Of a stretch of 64,000 nucleotides of DNA, positions 40,180-52,918 are shown in pieces. The notes below the pieces were generated by a model, which was not told the DNA's origin, searched no databases, and saw nothing but the letters and a program-made list of their open reading frames with translations. Location: the NCBI GenBank assembly GCA_051294375.1, contig CM119267.1:16093454-16157453 (forward strand), given 5' to 3'. Every line of letters starts with the position of its first letter. Positions within the stretch are counted from its first letter, which is position 1. Source of the stretch: Paraspadella gotoi (Eukaryota; Animalia; Chaetognatha). The position numbers were made by a program, and so were the translations under genes.

Positions 40180-41392
40180 TTTCCGTCAAAACTTTATAAT
40201 CTAGCTTCTTCACCACGTTTCTTACGGCTCACAAAATTTTTCATCTCAAATCTATCATGGGTTAAAATAAATAAAAAGAGTCAAGTAAATGTGACTCATA
40301 TTTTTTTCATTAAACTTTCACTCTCTTCACTGGTACGTTTCACTGAAACTTTATCTATCAAGCTTCGTCTCACAATTTTCCTACCCAAACACAAGAACTT
40401 TTTTTATCTCAATCTATCCATCCAATTATGATTAATTAGAGTTATTTATTGGGTTCAAAATAAGGGTTAAAAGAGTTTTAGGTAAATTCGACTTATGTTG
40501 TTTTTCCATGGTAAACTAATTATCCACTCACACGATTCTTCGAAATTTTATCCCGAGGTTTATCACACACTTTTCCTACTCACACACCAAAATTTAAATT
40601 CAATCCAACCAGCCAATCACAGCGTTATTGGAGAGCTTTTTCTGCTAAGATTAGACGGGATGGGCACGGATTGATTTGATAATTAAGGTAATTATTGATT
40701 AATTTATTTACTAATGCTGATATAGATTAACTGATTAATATTTGATTTATAATACATCTGCATATACATTTAATATTTAAACGGGGAAGAAAGTAAGCAT
40801 AATCAATAAGGTAAAAACACGGTTTTTTGCTGGTTTTCCATTTAAACTCATTTCCACTCAAACTATTCCATCGAAACTGTGCATTTTCCTGTGTCAATCA
40901 CACACTTTTCCTACCACATACAAATTTTGCAGGTCAATCAGCCCCATCACTCCATGCATGCAATTTTGCGTGTCAAATAGGGTGATATATTTTTTTTGTT
41001 TTTCCATGTAAACTCATTTCACTCGGATCAGGCTGGATCAACCACGGGCGATTCCATCAAAACTTTCATATCCGGCTCAATCACACACTTACCTGATCCT
41101 CACACAAAATTTTCATTAAAATCCATCCATTCAATTCACGTAGTAATTTTGGTGGGTTTTTGCTCAAGGTGGGGACGGGACGGACGACGAGCGGGGACGG
41201 ACGGCACGGGACGGGATCAGACAGGAAGACATCACCTTTTTTTTTGCCAAAATTTATCATAATTCGATGTTCTGGCATGCACTAGGAAAGTGGTCGGGTC
41301 CGACACTATTTGAGGGCGGACCACGGATACCGAATAAAGTGAGTACGTAGAGTCCGCGGATCTTGCTGCATAAGCCAGATCCCGACTAAAAA
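40180..41392 (-). mobile_element. Helentron-associated (HINE/DINE-1-like) non-autonomous element with internal ~170-190 bp tandem repeats
   Basis: The minus-strand 5' end TTTTTAGTCGGGATC...GATCCGCGGACT forms a subterminal inverted repeat, followed by a GTCC/CCGT microsatellite (41170-41225). Degenerate repeats of ..aaactttatc..cacacacttttcctac..tcaatccatccaat.. occur between 40180 and 41150. The left boundary is uncertain. Confidence 0.6.
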
Positions 41393-42049
41393 CCAAAAAA
41401 CAAACTAGTTCATATTAAAAATTTTATTTATCTTAAATAAATATATATCTAATAATTCAATTTTTTTAAGGGTTTTTTGTTTTAACGATGACACCACTGT
41501 AACCCGCCGCTAAAATAAATTGTCATTGTAAACAGTAAAGATTTTAATCAGAAAGATTTTTTTTCTCTTTTAAAAACTGGAATTCATTAAATATCCAAAT
41601 TTCAGTATGCATTAGGTTGATGACTTTAACTTGGCCTATGGGCAAAGAAAAATGTGTTAACCAATTGCTATTTCCATTTTTAAAAAACTCATTTCGCAAG
41701 TCAAATCAAACCAAATCAATATCGAAAAATTTTAGATATATACAAGTTGTGGCTCCTGCGTGTGTGGGCGTGACCATTGAGGGAGAAAACGGGCTTGACG
41801 TCTGACGGCCATGGATTTGATATCGCATTTCCCACTTTGCCTGGGTTTCTCCGGAGAAAAAGAACGAAATAGACGACGATGATGAGACGAAGAAGACAAC
41901 GTGAACGTCGGGCCAAATATCTGATTATATTTTAAAATGTACCTTATCGTGACGACGACAGGGGCAGTTGCCTCTGATGTTGTTACGTGTTTGTAGGACT
42001 GACAGTTTGTTTATAATTTACTGCGCATATTTTGATGAATTTATGGACT

Positions 42050-45000
42050 TAATTAGTTAATTTTAACCTTCAAACCTGAAAAACGATTTGCCATCTTAGA
42101 AAGTCAGCCAGAAAAGTTTGAGGATGGCAAACCTTTTTCCAAAAAATTTTTTGAAATTTTTTTTTGGGTTTTTACTACAAAGATACGGGCGATTTTTTTT
42201 CTAAGAGGCGGCGTTTTATTTGTTGAATTACAAAATTTACAAACCCTTGTGCCGTATATGCAGAGTTTGGTATTACAAAACGGCTTGGAACATTTTCAGA
42301 CTTTCGTCGTCTGAACCTCAAAAAGTCAGGAAACGGTTTTTTCAGCGCTTCTTTGCTTGTCAACAAAAACGGATTGTAAATAAGAAAATTACGGCTGACG
42401 CGAAAAAGCCAGAGCGTTTTTTTAATGTATTCTTATTACTCGCAATGTTAGAATGATGGCAATATTGCTATTTGTTAAGTTTCAAAAAAATCCCGACCAT
42501 AAATATAGAAATATTAACAGAAATCTTTGGACAAATCCACCCCTTCTTTGAAGATTTTTGCCATAGAAGATCTTTTCCCGAACTCTGGACTCCTGGTTTT
42601 AAAAACCTTTTCTTTAGTTTGAATTCCGATCTGTTTTAGCTGCTCTTTTTACTTTTTACTTAAATAAAAAAATTTCACCCAAAATGGACTAATTCACTTT
42701 ACCGATGATTGTTTCAGTATTAAATAACCAAATAAAGGTAGAAGGAAAATTTTTGAGAGCCCTTCAGACATATGGCTTATCGGATTCCTGAATTTGAAGT
42801 TTTGTAAATCACAACAATAGGTTAAATCATTGACATTGTATTGAAGTTGAGAAATGCCCTTTCAGTTTTATATATAAAATTCGTCCCCCGGAAAATACTT
42901 TGCCCGAGCGGACCAGTCTATTGTGAATTCTGATGGTGTTGATGCTGTCTCGAAAATGATGGTTAGTTTTGTGCAAGAGAAGAAAAGAATGCGAAGGGGC
43001 CCTTTCAGATGCAAAAGATCGGAATCGATGTGTTTTTAACAGTCTATTTGATGCTGGAATTTTTCCCAGGGGCGTTGACATTATTTTCGGCGTAGTCAGA
43101 TTTGTAACGAAAATCTGCCAATGAAAAGTCTGTCCTCGGCGATTTCTAAGGAACGACATAGACTCCTGAACTTTGTTCAAGAAACGGCCCAAACCATACG
43201 TTCATTTGCAGGTTTTCGCGGAAATTTTAAAATATCTTTGTTTGACTACGAACGGTCTCACTCGTCGCCCATGCCGCCATGAGGATAGGGCCTATTCATG
43301 ACTTTTTATGATGACTTCGGACGATAGCGTGGTGTCGAGTAAACGTGTGGATCGACCAGTTTCGACGTCTGCACGCCCGGTGTTCCTCGTCCGCGTGTCG
43401 GCGGCGGGCTGCCGAAGAATGTTAGGGCCCACGGCAGTCGCCGAGCAAAGACCGGCCCGTATTAAGGCAAAAAAAAATTCGAAACTTCGCGGTGAGCCAC
43501 CCGCTGGCTATTAGCGTCGTCCGAGCCAAGCTAGCCCTGCCTGACTATCAGCTGGGTATGAGTAGCGGGTACCCAAAGTCGGGCAGGGCATAGGCGTTTG
43601 TTCGTAGCGTAGCCACTGAGAAGGTTGCGTGTCGATAAGTAGGGCTCAACCACTATGCAAGCAGCCGGGTTGCCCCTGTTGATGCCCATTGGGATGGGGC
43701 ATGCTCAGCTGTTGGCTTTGGGGCTTCGCGAAACCCTCAGGTGACGCATCCAGTCCCAACGCGCGGTTTCCCTAGCACGGTCTCGCCCTTTGCCAACGCC
43801 AGAGGGAACGGTCGGTGAGGAGCTGTGGATGGAACACCTACGCCTGGGATGGTGTGTTCCCCCCTCTGAGCAATGGATTTTGGCTTTGAAGGATGGGTGG
43901 ACGTGAGCGGTGTGGAAATACCGCCACAATTTACATTAATTTATTGAATAAAACAAAAAATTCGTAAAACAAATATCATGTAGTATAGGCTAGAGATATG
44001 CCGGCCCTTTCCCCTATTATTTCTGGTTGTGCCTTTTGGGTTTACGCGTTTCTGCGTCGTTAGATTTCGCTGGCTTCTTTCTTTGAGGAGATTTTACTCC
44101 TCTGCTTTTTTACCAGACTATTCTAGCCCAGTGTAAATACTTATTGACTACTTTCTCCCGGTATCACAAACTGCCTTTACGTAACTCGATTCACACCCGC
44201 CTAGTGACAATACCCACGCGCGGTTACGGGCTCACGGTCCGCGCCGACTTACCGGCGTGAACCGACCGACTTCCGGTCGATCACGCGATTCCGACGTCTT
44301 CGAAGCACGCGCAACGGTCAGACGCGGCACGATTCCATTTCCGGAATCGTCTGCGGGGCGGGCGGGGAGGACTACTATTGTATATTTTCATTTATAAAAA
44401 GTGTAGTTTAATTTACAGTTCGTTACAAAAATAAAAGACTAACTAGCAAAAAACTAAAATTGAATTAAATAGTTATTAAATAGCTAAATTAATAAAGCGG
44501 GCGGGTGTGCGACCGCCTAATAAATAACAGCCGGGATTTATCAAAACCAAACATTCATGTAAGATACTACTCTATACACTGAAGACAACAGGCTATACAA
44601 AACGCCGATCATTCTTAAAAGTTCGGACTTTATTATTTGGTTGTTAATTAAAGACTAAATCGTATGCTGCTAACAACTTATGGGATAACGCGCGTTCAAT
44701 GCGGGCAAGGTTAGTGATAAAGTTAGGAACTTATGGGCTTGTTGAGTCTAAGTGGTTAAATTCAAACTCGAAGGCCGTTTACAGTTAGCGGTGTAAGGAC
44801 TAAGTGTCAAAAGATTAAGATTGAAAGAGTAAAGGCATTGGCGTATATAATTAAATTTGTACTTTAAATCTTTAAGGATAAAATTTAAATTTTCACAACT
44901 TATCAAAAACCAAAATTATGTTAGCTTATTGTCAAAGGACATACCAATATATTTTATTTTTTTTATTAATAAAGAACTATAATTCATTTATTATGAAATT

Positions 45001-47690
45001 GTGTACAACAATATAAAAAATTATCCGATTCAATTACTCAAATTCAAGAAAGCGTGTTCGTTTGACAAACTAAAAAACGACAAGGGATCATATACGATTA
45101 TATAAAAAAAAATATTTAAAAAAAATAGAACTTATTTATGCTTAAACTTTGTAATCTTAGTATTAAGGTTAACCTAATATTACTTAAAATAAATTTTAGG
45201 TTTTAAAATTAATGTTAAAATAAATACCGGGAATAAAAGAACAAGAAACTTTGGCGTTTATGCCAAAATTAAAATTACAATAATAAAATTTATTGCATTC
45301 AAGGCCCCCATGTTAATGTTTTACCAGCTTAGGAGATGCCGATCGATACACACTAACTAATTACATACCCGCGACCCAGATTTGAAAATCTCGCTTCTCC
45401 GGAGAAAGCACAAGGCAAAAAACATGTCACAAAGACTTCATTTTCTGAATATAAAATCTATGGTCCTACTCAGCCTATTTATGCATGGTTTTTAACGCCG
45501 CATCTCCATCAAACTAAGGGTGTATGATATAATAGACCGATAAAAGTAAGTAATAATGGAAAAGTAATAGTTTAAAGTCCAGAATTAATCATTGTTTCAG
45601 TCAACCAACGTTTAAATATAACTAATAATGTAAGCTCAGGTGGTGGACCTGTGTTTGAGTGTAAGCGGTACACCATATTGGGCATTCGAGCCCAAACATT
45701 TTTGATGCACAAAAAACATTGTTCGGGATAGCGCACGGAAAAACCCAAGTCTCGCATTCTATAATGGTCTAACGATTATATATGCACACTGATATCATAT
45801 AATCATTTAAAATAGTCCATGCAGACTAAAAATTTGTTCTTTCGATGAAACAACAGACATTTTTGAAATAGGAAAAACATTTTTGATACTATAGTCAAGT
45901 TGTAGAACATATATAACTGGCTACACTTCATATGGTACGGTGTACTTCCAATAGTCATATGTTTTTAGATACCCAACTGGACAAATAAAGTCACTCCCAA
46001 GTTTGAGGGAGATATCAGACAGAGATAGGAGGAGTGAACGAAGTTTGAGAGAAATAAGATTCAAAGAATATATTCACCTGATGGCAAAATCAACTAATCA
46101 TCTGCATTTCCTCTTTACAAGTCAGTCAGTCTCCTCTCTCTCTCTTTTTACATTATTACAAACGCCAAAGGGGTCTTCTCGTCTTTTTCCCCCTTACATC
46201 TGCCCACTTTGACAAGGTATCTATTTATCTAGTATATTTTAAATGAATTAATCTATAATACCTGTAAGGTTGTCTCAACGGCATCTTATATTCAAATAAT
46301 GTAATCAACATGCTTTCCAAAAAAAATAATATTTCCTTTCTTTAATCTTGCCAAAGTATTTAGTTGGCCAGGTTTCGTCCCGAGTTAATTTTCTGTTCAT
46401 GCACGACACAATGATTGCCTTCTCCGTCTAGCATGCCGATCCCGTTAACGGACATGGCGTCAAGCCTGTCGCACTTCATGTTGCTATGCACCAAATGCCA
46501 TCAACACGCCTCCTGTGCATCCATCTTCTTCGTGGAACCGGCTATTAATCAATTTTCAGGCTCTACGGCTCGAGGGTGTACGCCACACGCGTCGCATGAC
46601 TTAGGCTTTCTTGTGATCTTAGATCGCCTGTTCCTTACTTCGACTCCACCTTTTTGCAACCTTTCTCTTGGAGCCGCACAATCGGCACGATTACCAGCCT
46701 CACTGCGGCTATGCTCGACGTGGAGAGTGGCGCATATTGGCCGCAAGTATAATCCAATCCGGACTTCCGACTCCTAGCTTCTCGTGTCTTCCAAATTGCC
46801 CCTTTCGCAAATTGCTCGCACCTCCGAACAGATCGACTGTCAGGATTTCCGTTTAATAGTATTTCCTTTTGTTCCCACAATACCGCCCGGCCGTCCGCAG
46901 ATGCAGTTTTTCCACATAGCAGATACAAAATGTACAGGTTCTATTCAGGTTCTAACACCTTTATTGAAAACATGCTTATTTGGAGCAGGTTGCATCACCT
47001 TTATTCTCCTCGCAGAAAAATCCAATAAGCACAAGTTTATGGCCGCAATAGCTTTTCCTTTTTCATTTGTTAGTTTGCTTAGCTTTGCTTCTATCTCCGG
47101 GTTTTTTCGACGCCAAGTGGACCATAAACAGCAAGTACAAATTTTCTTACAATTGTCAATTTTTTTTAATCCTTTGGCATTGTTCCTTTTCTTTTTTGGA
47201 AAGAATTGATTCCTCCGTTTTCCAAGTAAATTTCGTTCTCTACATATGATTTACGCTAGTAGACATCGGCGTTTCAAGAATTTTCTCTGTTCTTCTGTTT
47301 CTAATCGTCAACTATAACCAGTAAGATTATCGGTTATTGGTGCGACATCAACAAGGTTCATTTCTCGCAGATAAGGTCGATGTGCACTGCGGTCATTGGT
47401 GCGCGTTCGAGTGCAAGGACCACCTGCCCATAAGCGCTGATCCCGGTCCCAACAACCAACCCCTCCCCACCCGCAAGTGATCACCTTTCGTCCGCTCCTA
47501 GCAACTCCTGCTGTCGGTAGCGACGTACGACTATTCGTTGCTACGCTCATTCACAACATTTGGCCGCTACAGCAATGCGGCTCTTTTCCAGCACAGCTCG
47601 TATCGCATCTGGTTAGTTTCTTGCCTCGTCCTTATGTTGTTTATGTGTGTGGGGTCTTCAGCTTCAAGAGCCACCCAAAAATCGGGTAAT
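42050..47690 (-). mobile_element. Highly decayed Ty3/Gypsy-like LTR retrotransposon relic (gag? - RT - [insertion] - RNase H - integrase)
   Basis: Minus-strand motif remnants occur in Gypsy order: PLRQPYR (46261-46281), ..VDF..QVN (~46075-46095), LK...YW (~45950-45970), VCIY with destroyed DD (~45770-45790), LADFRYKSDYAENNVNA (~43070-43121, RNase H end-like), SRFVIPNSAYTAQG.NF (ORF 42175-42366, cf. RFGIPxxIHTDQGxNF), and HPQT (42116-42126). A possible decayed CCHC knuckle lies at ~46465-46505. No LTRs identified. Confidence 0.5.
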
Positions 47691-48455
47691 TTTTTTTATC
47701 GGTAAACTTAAAAAATTTCATTCTTGACGGTAAAGTCATTTTCAAATACGAATTTTTAATTTTTTTATTCAATTAACATCCGCTACCTCAGTGTAATACT
47801 AGTACCTATAACCTAGTCATTCTTATGATGTAATTAGAGCAATTAACGATGGAAATTAAACGTTTATGTAAAGAGAGTGCAGAATACATATTTAATGATG
47901 CCTAATACTATATTATTATTAAAAGAGTATGACAAAAATTGTACAATTTTTAAAAGTCAAAGACAATTGTCGATTGGCATCTGCAGTCGGGTCCTCTGAG
48001 ATAGAAACACCCTATGGTGCCATTGACGGTCACTGATTCCACAGATGGACAATCGTTATGCTTTCCTCTTATCATTTAGTTTCTGTTCCCCACATTCAAA
48101 ACAGGCTTTAAAGCTTGACCATTTGCCAAAGACGAAAATTAGTAAACCCCTTGCAGCATTCCTCCTTGTTCACCGTCCGCTGTTCGCTGTCATAGCCTTT
48201 TTTAAATTTAAAAAAAAATTTTAAAAAATTGGATAAAACTTCAGAGAACGGTAAAGCCATCAATTAAACTAGAAATGAAAATAGATTTTACAAAAGCATG
48301 TCGATTTTAAAGTTCTCTGCTCGACTTTCAGTTCTGTAAAATCTACAGAAAAAAATAAAAAATAAAAAATAAATAAACAAAAAGAGTTGGAGCGAAAACC
48401 GTTTGAAAAAAAAATAAACTAAAATTATTTTTCGTTAGTATGGAAAGGTGGGAGA

Positions 48456-48584
48456 AATTCTATGAGAGGGATTTTGGAAAATGTTATTCATTTTCAAGAT
48501 ATTTAGATTTTAATGCCAAAATTTCATTATTCTTTTTTTTTCCCATGAAGAAAAGTGAATTTGGAAAATCCCTCTCATAGAATT
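48456..48584. mobile_element. 129-bp element with perfect 20-bp terminal inverted repeats (MITE-like)
   Basis: aattctatgagagggatttt (48456-48475) is the exact reverse complement of aaaatccctctcatagaatt (48565-48584), with an AT-rich spacer. Confidence 0.7.
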
Positions 48585-49072
48585 GGGGACATTCACCTCA
48601 AGTAAAATTATGTTAAATTTCATAAAAATCCTCTTCGCCGTTTGGGCCGCAACTCTTCCGATAGGTTTCTTTTATTTTATATAGTAATATAAAATTCGAA
48701 AAAACACCAACAGGTTTGAAAAAATAATAAAGTGAATACATTTTCGGAATCGTCTGGATGTCTACTTTTCAAATGTAAGCCTTGTTTTACCCTATTTATA
48801 ACTTTTGGCGAGTGATCCCAGGCCTTAAGGGCGAGATTTACGAATAGTGAATACGGAATTAGCGAAGTACAAACCAATAAGAGCCATAAACGAAAATCTC
48901 AGCGGCCACCTTCAACAGCAAAAGAGAATTTCGAAGAATCACATTTTCTCCCACGCCGAACGAGATGTGAATTATGAGCCGTGAATGAATAAAAATTCAA
49001 ACACGTTGGAAGGACGATTCTCATTAACGACATAAACGAGACGAGAAAATTCTCTCTCTCTCTTCTCTCTCT

Positions 49073-49105
<33 letters not shown>

Positions 49106-49387
49106 GCCTCTCTCTCTTCTCTCTCTTCTCGCGAGATTTAAAAATTTGTGTCCCAAAATGATTAACTCGATCTTGAAAAGGTACACGTGATTCTAGAGTA
49201 TTGCACAAAAAAAAAAAAAATAAATAAAAAATAAATAAAGAGAAAAAAAAAGAGAAAAAACCGCATGATAAATTTTTGCTTTTTTCTTCTTTCTTTTTTT
49301 AACTTTATTTTTAGTCGCGCGAAAAAAAAGAAACGGAGAAAACGTTTTCGGTTCCCGGGGTAAAATCCAAAACCGGTTTCCTTTCGC

Positions 49388-49463
<76 letters not shown>

Positions 49464-49514
49464 CTGTTGTCGTCATAACCGCCATTTCCGTTACGCGCGC
49501 GGACGGCGGAATGG

Positions 49515-49587
<73 letters not shown>

Positions 49588-50280
49588 GAACTTGGGGGTG
49601 GAGGAAAAAGCGAGGTTGCGTTCAGTGATAATGACGACGACGAGAGCGATAATGTGGACGATGAATACAATGATGACGAATGGTTGACAATGACGATTAT
49701 TTAGGATGAGGAGAAAGAAGAAAAGAAGAAAACGATGACAAATGCGTAGACATGAAGATGACTATGAAGAGGTTGATGACGAAGGCGAATACGAAATATC
49801 GATGACAATGACAAAACAATTAAAACGTTTATCGACGACGAAGGAGTATAAAAGAAAGAAAAAGAAAATGCGTAGACAAAGAAAGATGACAATGAAGACG
49901 ATGATTGATGACGAAGCCGAAGTCGAAAAAAAACGATCACTCGACAATGAGAAAGCAATAGAACGATTTTTCCATGACGATCGGGACGACGATGACAATG
50001 AGCAACGACGATGAGGATTGTCAAAGACAACGGTGACGAGGCAAACCTTGTCCCGCTCGGCTTTTCAAACAACAACGAAATAACTTATTTTCTAACAATG
50101 AAGAATAAATAAGGCGGTTTGTTGGAAAACGTAAATTCGGAAGGAAACATGGAGGAAGACAAGGATGAGGAGTTGAGGAGGAGGAGGAGGAGGAGGTAGG
50201 TTGAGCGAAATCGGTGGCGAAGGAAGAGTAAAGAGGAGAAGGAGGAGGAGAAGCGAATCGTCGAGGAATATAAATAGGAT

Positions 50281-50560
50281 TGAGGAGGAAAGGAAAAGAA
50301 GGAAAGAGAAAAAGGAGGAAAAGAAAAGAAGGAAAGAGAAAAATGAGGAAAGAAAAAGAAGGAAAGAGAAAAAGGAGGAAAGGAAAAGAAGGAAAAAGAA
50401 AAAGGAGGAAAGAGAAGAAAACTAAAAAAGAAAAAGGAGGAAAGAGAAGAAAATTAAAAAAGAAAAAGGAGGAAAGGAAAGAAAATTGAAAAAAGAAAAA
50501 GGAGGAAAGGAAAGAAAATTGAAAAAAGAAAAAGGAGGAAAGGAAAAAAGATGAAAAAAA
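50281..50560. repeat. 30-bp purine-rich tandem repeat
   Basis: The unit ~gaggaaaggaaaagaaggaaagagaaaaag repeats about 9 times with drift. Confidence 0.85.
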
Positions 50561-51143
50561 AAGAAAAAGAAGGAAAGAAAATAAAATATAAAAAAAGAAA
50601 GAGAGAGAGCGAGCCCGGATATGATTGACGATGACGTCACCGTGAAATAAAAATCTAAAAGAGAAGAAGAAAGATGAGAAATCTTTGAGGACCTCGGTGA
50701 GGGACGCGGGGCCTCTTTATGCCTCGCCGTTGTAATGAAGACGGGGAATGGCTGGGTGGATAGGAGGAGGGGGGCGGCGGGGGGGAGGAGGATAGGATTA
50801 GATAAGATTTTTTTCGGTTGACGTAAAAAGTTTAAATAAAATGTGATCGAAGGTTTGAGAGATTTAATGGAAATTTTTTTTTTTTAATATAACTTTTTTT
50901 TTTCACGAATATTTTTTTTTTGGAGCTTCGGGTGATGGTTTTTTAACGGTCCCGACAAGAATATGTATTTTAAGAGTATTTTGTAATTTGTTTTAAAAGT
51001 CAAATGTTACCAATTATTTCATTTTCTTCGAGTTAAAATTTTTCAGCGATTCCGTGTCAAACTGTGCTTCACTTACTTGCATTTGACGAAGTCTTTTAGC
51101 AATTTTAATATTGTCCTTTTTTCTTTCCCCCGATAAAATAAAT

Positions 51144-51184
<41 letters not shown>

Positions 51185-51319
51185 CCTCTCTACACCTCCA
51201 TCACGCCCTCCGAAGAAGACGACGACATAGCATTTTAAAAGGATAATTGAAGGCTGAAAAGATAAGAATTAAATGGCAAAAAGAGAACTTTGTAGTTTTA
51301 CTTCTCTTAAAAAAATCCT

Positions 51320-51374
<55 letters not shown>

Positions 51375-52385
51375 TCTTCTCTCTTCTCTTCTCTCTCTTT
51401 CCCTCTCTCAAAGATTACGTGCGGAGGCGTCGGCTAAAAAAAACGGTTATTAAGCTCAAGAGAAGCCGACTGCTAAAGATGACGAGAGAGTCATCGCTCC
51501 TTCCGCTTTTGCCAGTCGAGGAGGCACGTTGTGCTCTTCGTTTGCCACTCGAGATTAAGGTTGCCACTCGTCACTTGCGACTCACGTTAAAAGAGATTGA
51601 TTTGATTTTAGTGTTTGGGGTTGTTTTTTTAAATTTTGATAAGAAAAGTACCCGGTAAACATTGAATAAATTAAGATGATAGATTTTTGAACTTTTAATG
51701 CATATCTGAAGAATTATTTATTAATGCACGATTAGTTTTAAATCGATAGTTTAAAATAACTAATGATTGATTGCAATTTAGTTTACTGTTGATCTTCATA
51801 TCGGTTACCACAGGAAGGGACGCTGGCGTATTTACTGACGGGGTAAAACAAAATTATGACAAGGCTGAAAATTAATAAATATGACATGCAACAACTTCTC
51901 CTACCGGCATCCCCAAACAAAAAGGGTCTTCTCTCGCTGTCTCCCCTTAAAAAAAAAGGAAAGCGTAAAGACGGAAGACGAAAGAAGTTCGCGAGTCGAG
52001 GAATAAGAAATCAGGTTTTCCTCGTCAGTCTCCGTTTGTTTCCTTGGCGAAAGTCAATTGAGCGTCATCTTCCGCAGTTAACGAGAGCAAACAGGAAAAA
52101 TACGGACGTTTATGCAAATGAGAAGAGAGAGAGAGAAAGAGGGAAAGACGGCGGAGAGACGCGCCCGATCGAGTACGAGACGTACGGTTCCATGTACTTA
52201 CGAATTACGATGGGGGTGGAGAGGAGAAGAAGGTGAAAAAGGACGAAGCGGANNNNNNNNNNAGAGAGAGAGAGAGAGAGAGAAACGCATCTGCTTTTTT
52301 CTCGGATGAAAAAACATGATCACTTAATAGGATTGGCTCAAGGATGGTCAGAAAGAAAATATGAGTTTATTCCGGTCTGAGAAAA

Positions 52386-52918
52386 AACAAGAACCGCCAA
52401 ATTCAAGGTGTTGCGACATATGGACTTTGTCATATACCTATTTTTTATATGATAGCTTGACTAAATAAATATTTATTAATATAAAAAAATATTTTATGGT
52501 TAATCGCAAATTATAAAGAATTAACTAAAAAAAACAATTAACCAAATATTACATAAAATTAGTTTTCTGATTATGATCATATTCTAATATAGTTATATGA
52601 TTAGCAGAGTAAAACAAATACATATATGTATATAAGTATTGTTAATGATACTTTACATTTTAATAAAACATTAATTATTTTAACAGTTGTATAATACATT
52701 ATCTTTCTGGTCAAGTATTCATGACTAGACTAGTAAAAAACATATACAAATAAAGTATCTCACGGTACACTACATTTTTACAAAATATTATTTTAAATGA
52801 TATATAGCAATAACCGTATTTTGAGCTTTTCAATATAAGTGGGACAGACAAACGGACTGACCGACCGAAAAGAAACTTAAACATAGTTGCTTCGCGATTA
52901 CTCGCCGCACAACTAAAA
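52386..52918 (-). mobile_element. HINE/DINE-1-like non-autonomous Helentron-type element (~530 bp)
   Basis: On the minus strand the 5' end reads TTTTTAGTTG...CAACTAT (subterminal IR), followed by a GTCY microsatellite (ggtcggtcagtccgtttgtctgtc). The 3' end reads gtcgcaac, then a decayed palindrome accttgaatttggcggt, then CTTGTTTTT. It sits in T-runs. Confidence 0.6.

Noticed and set aside
49620-50560. Acidic and K/R/E-rich ORFs
   Set aside because: Derived from degenerate GAC/GAT and 30-bp purine repeats; stops are scattered in all frames.
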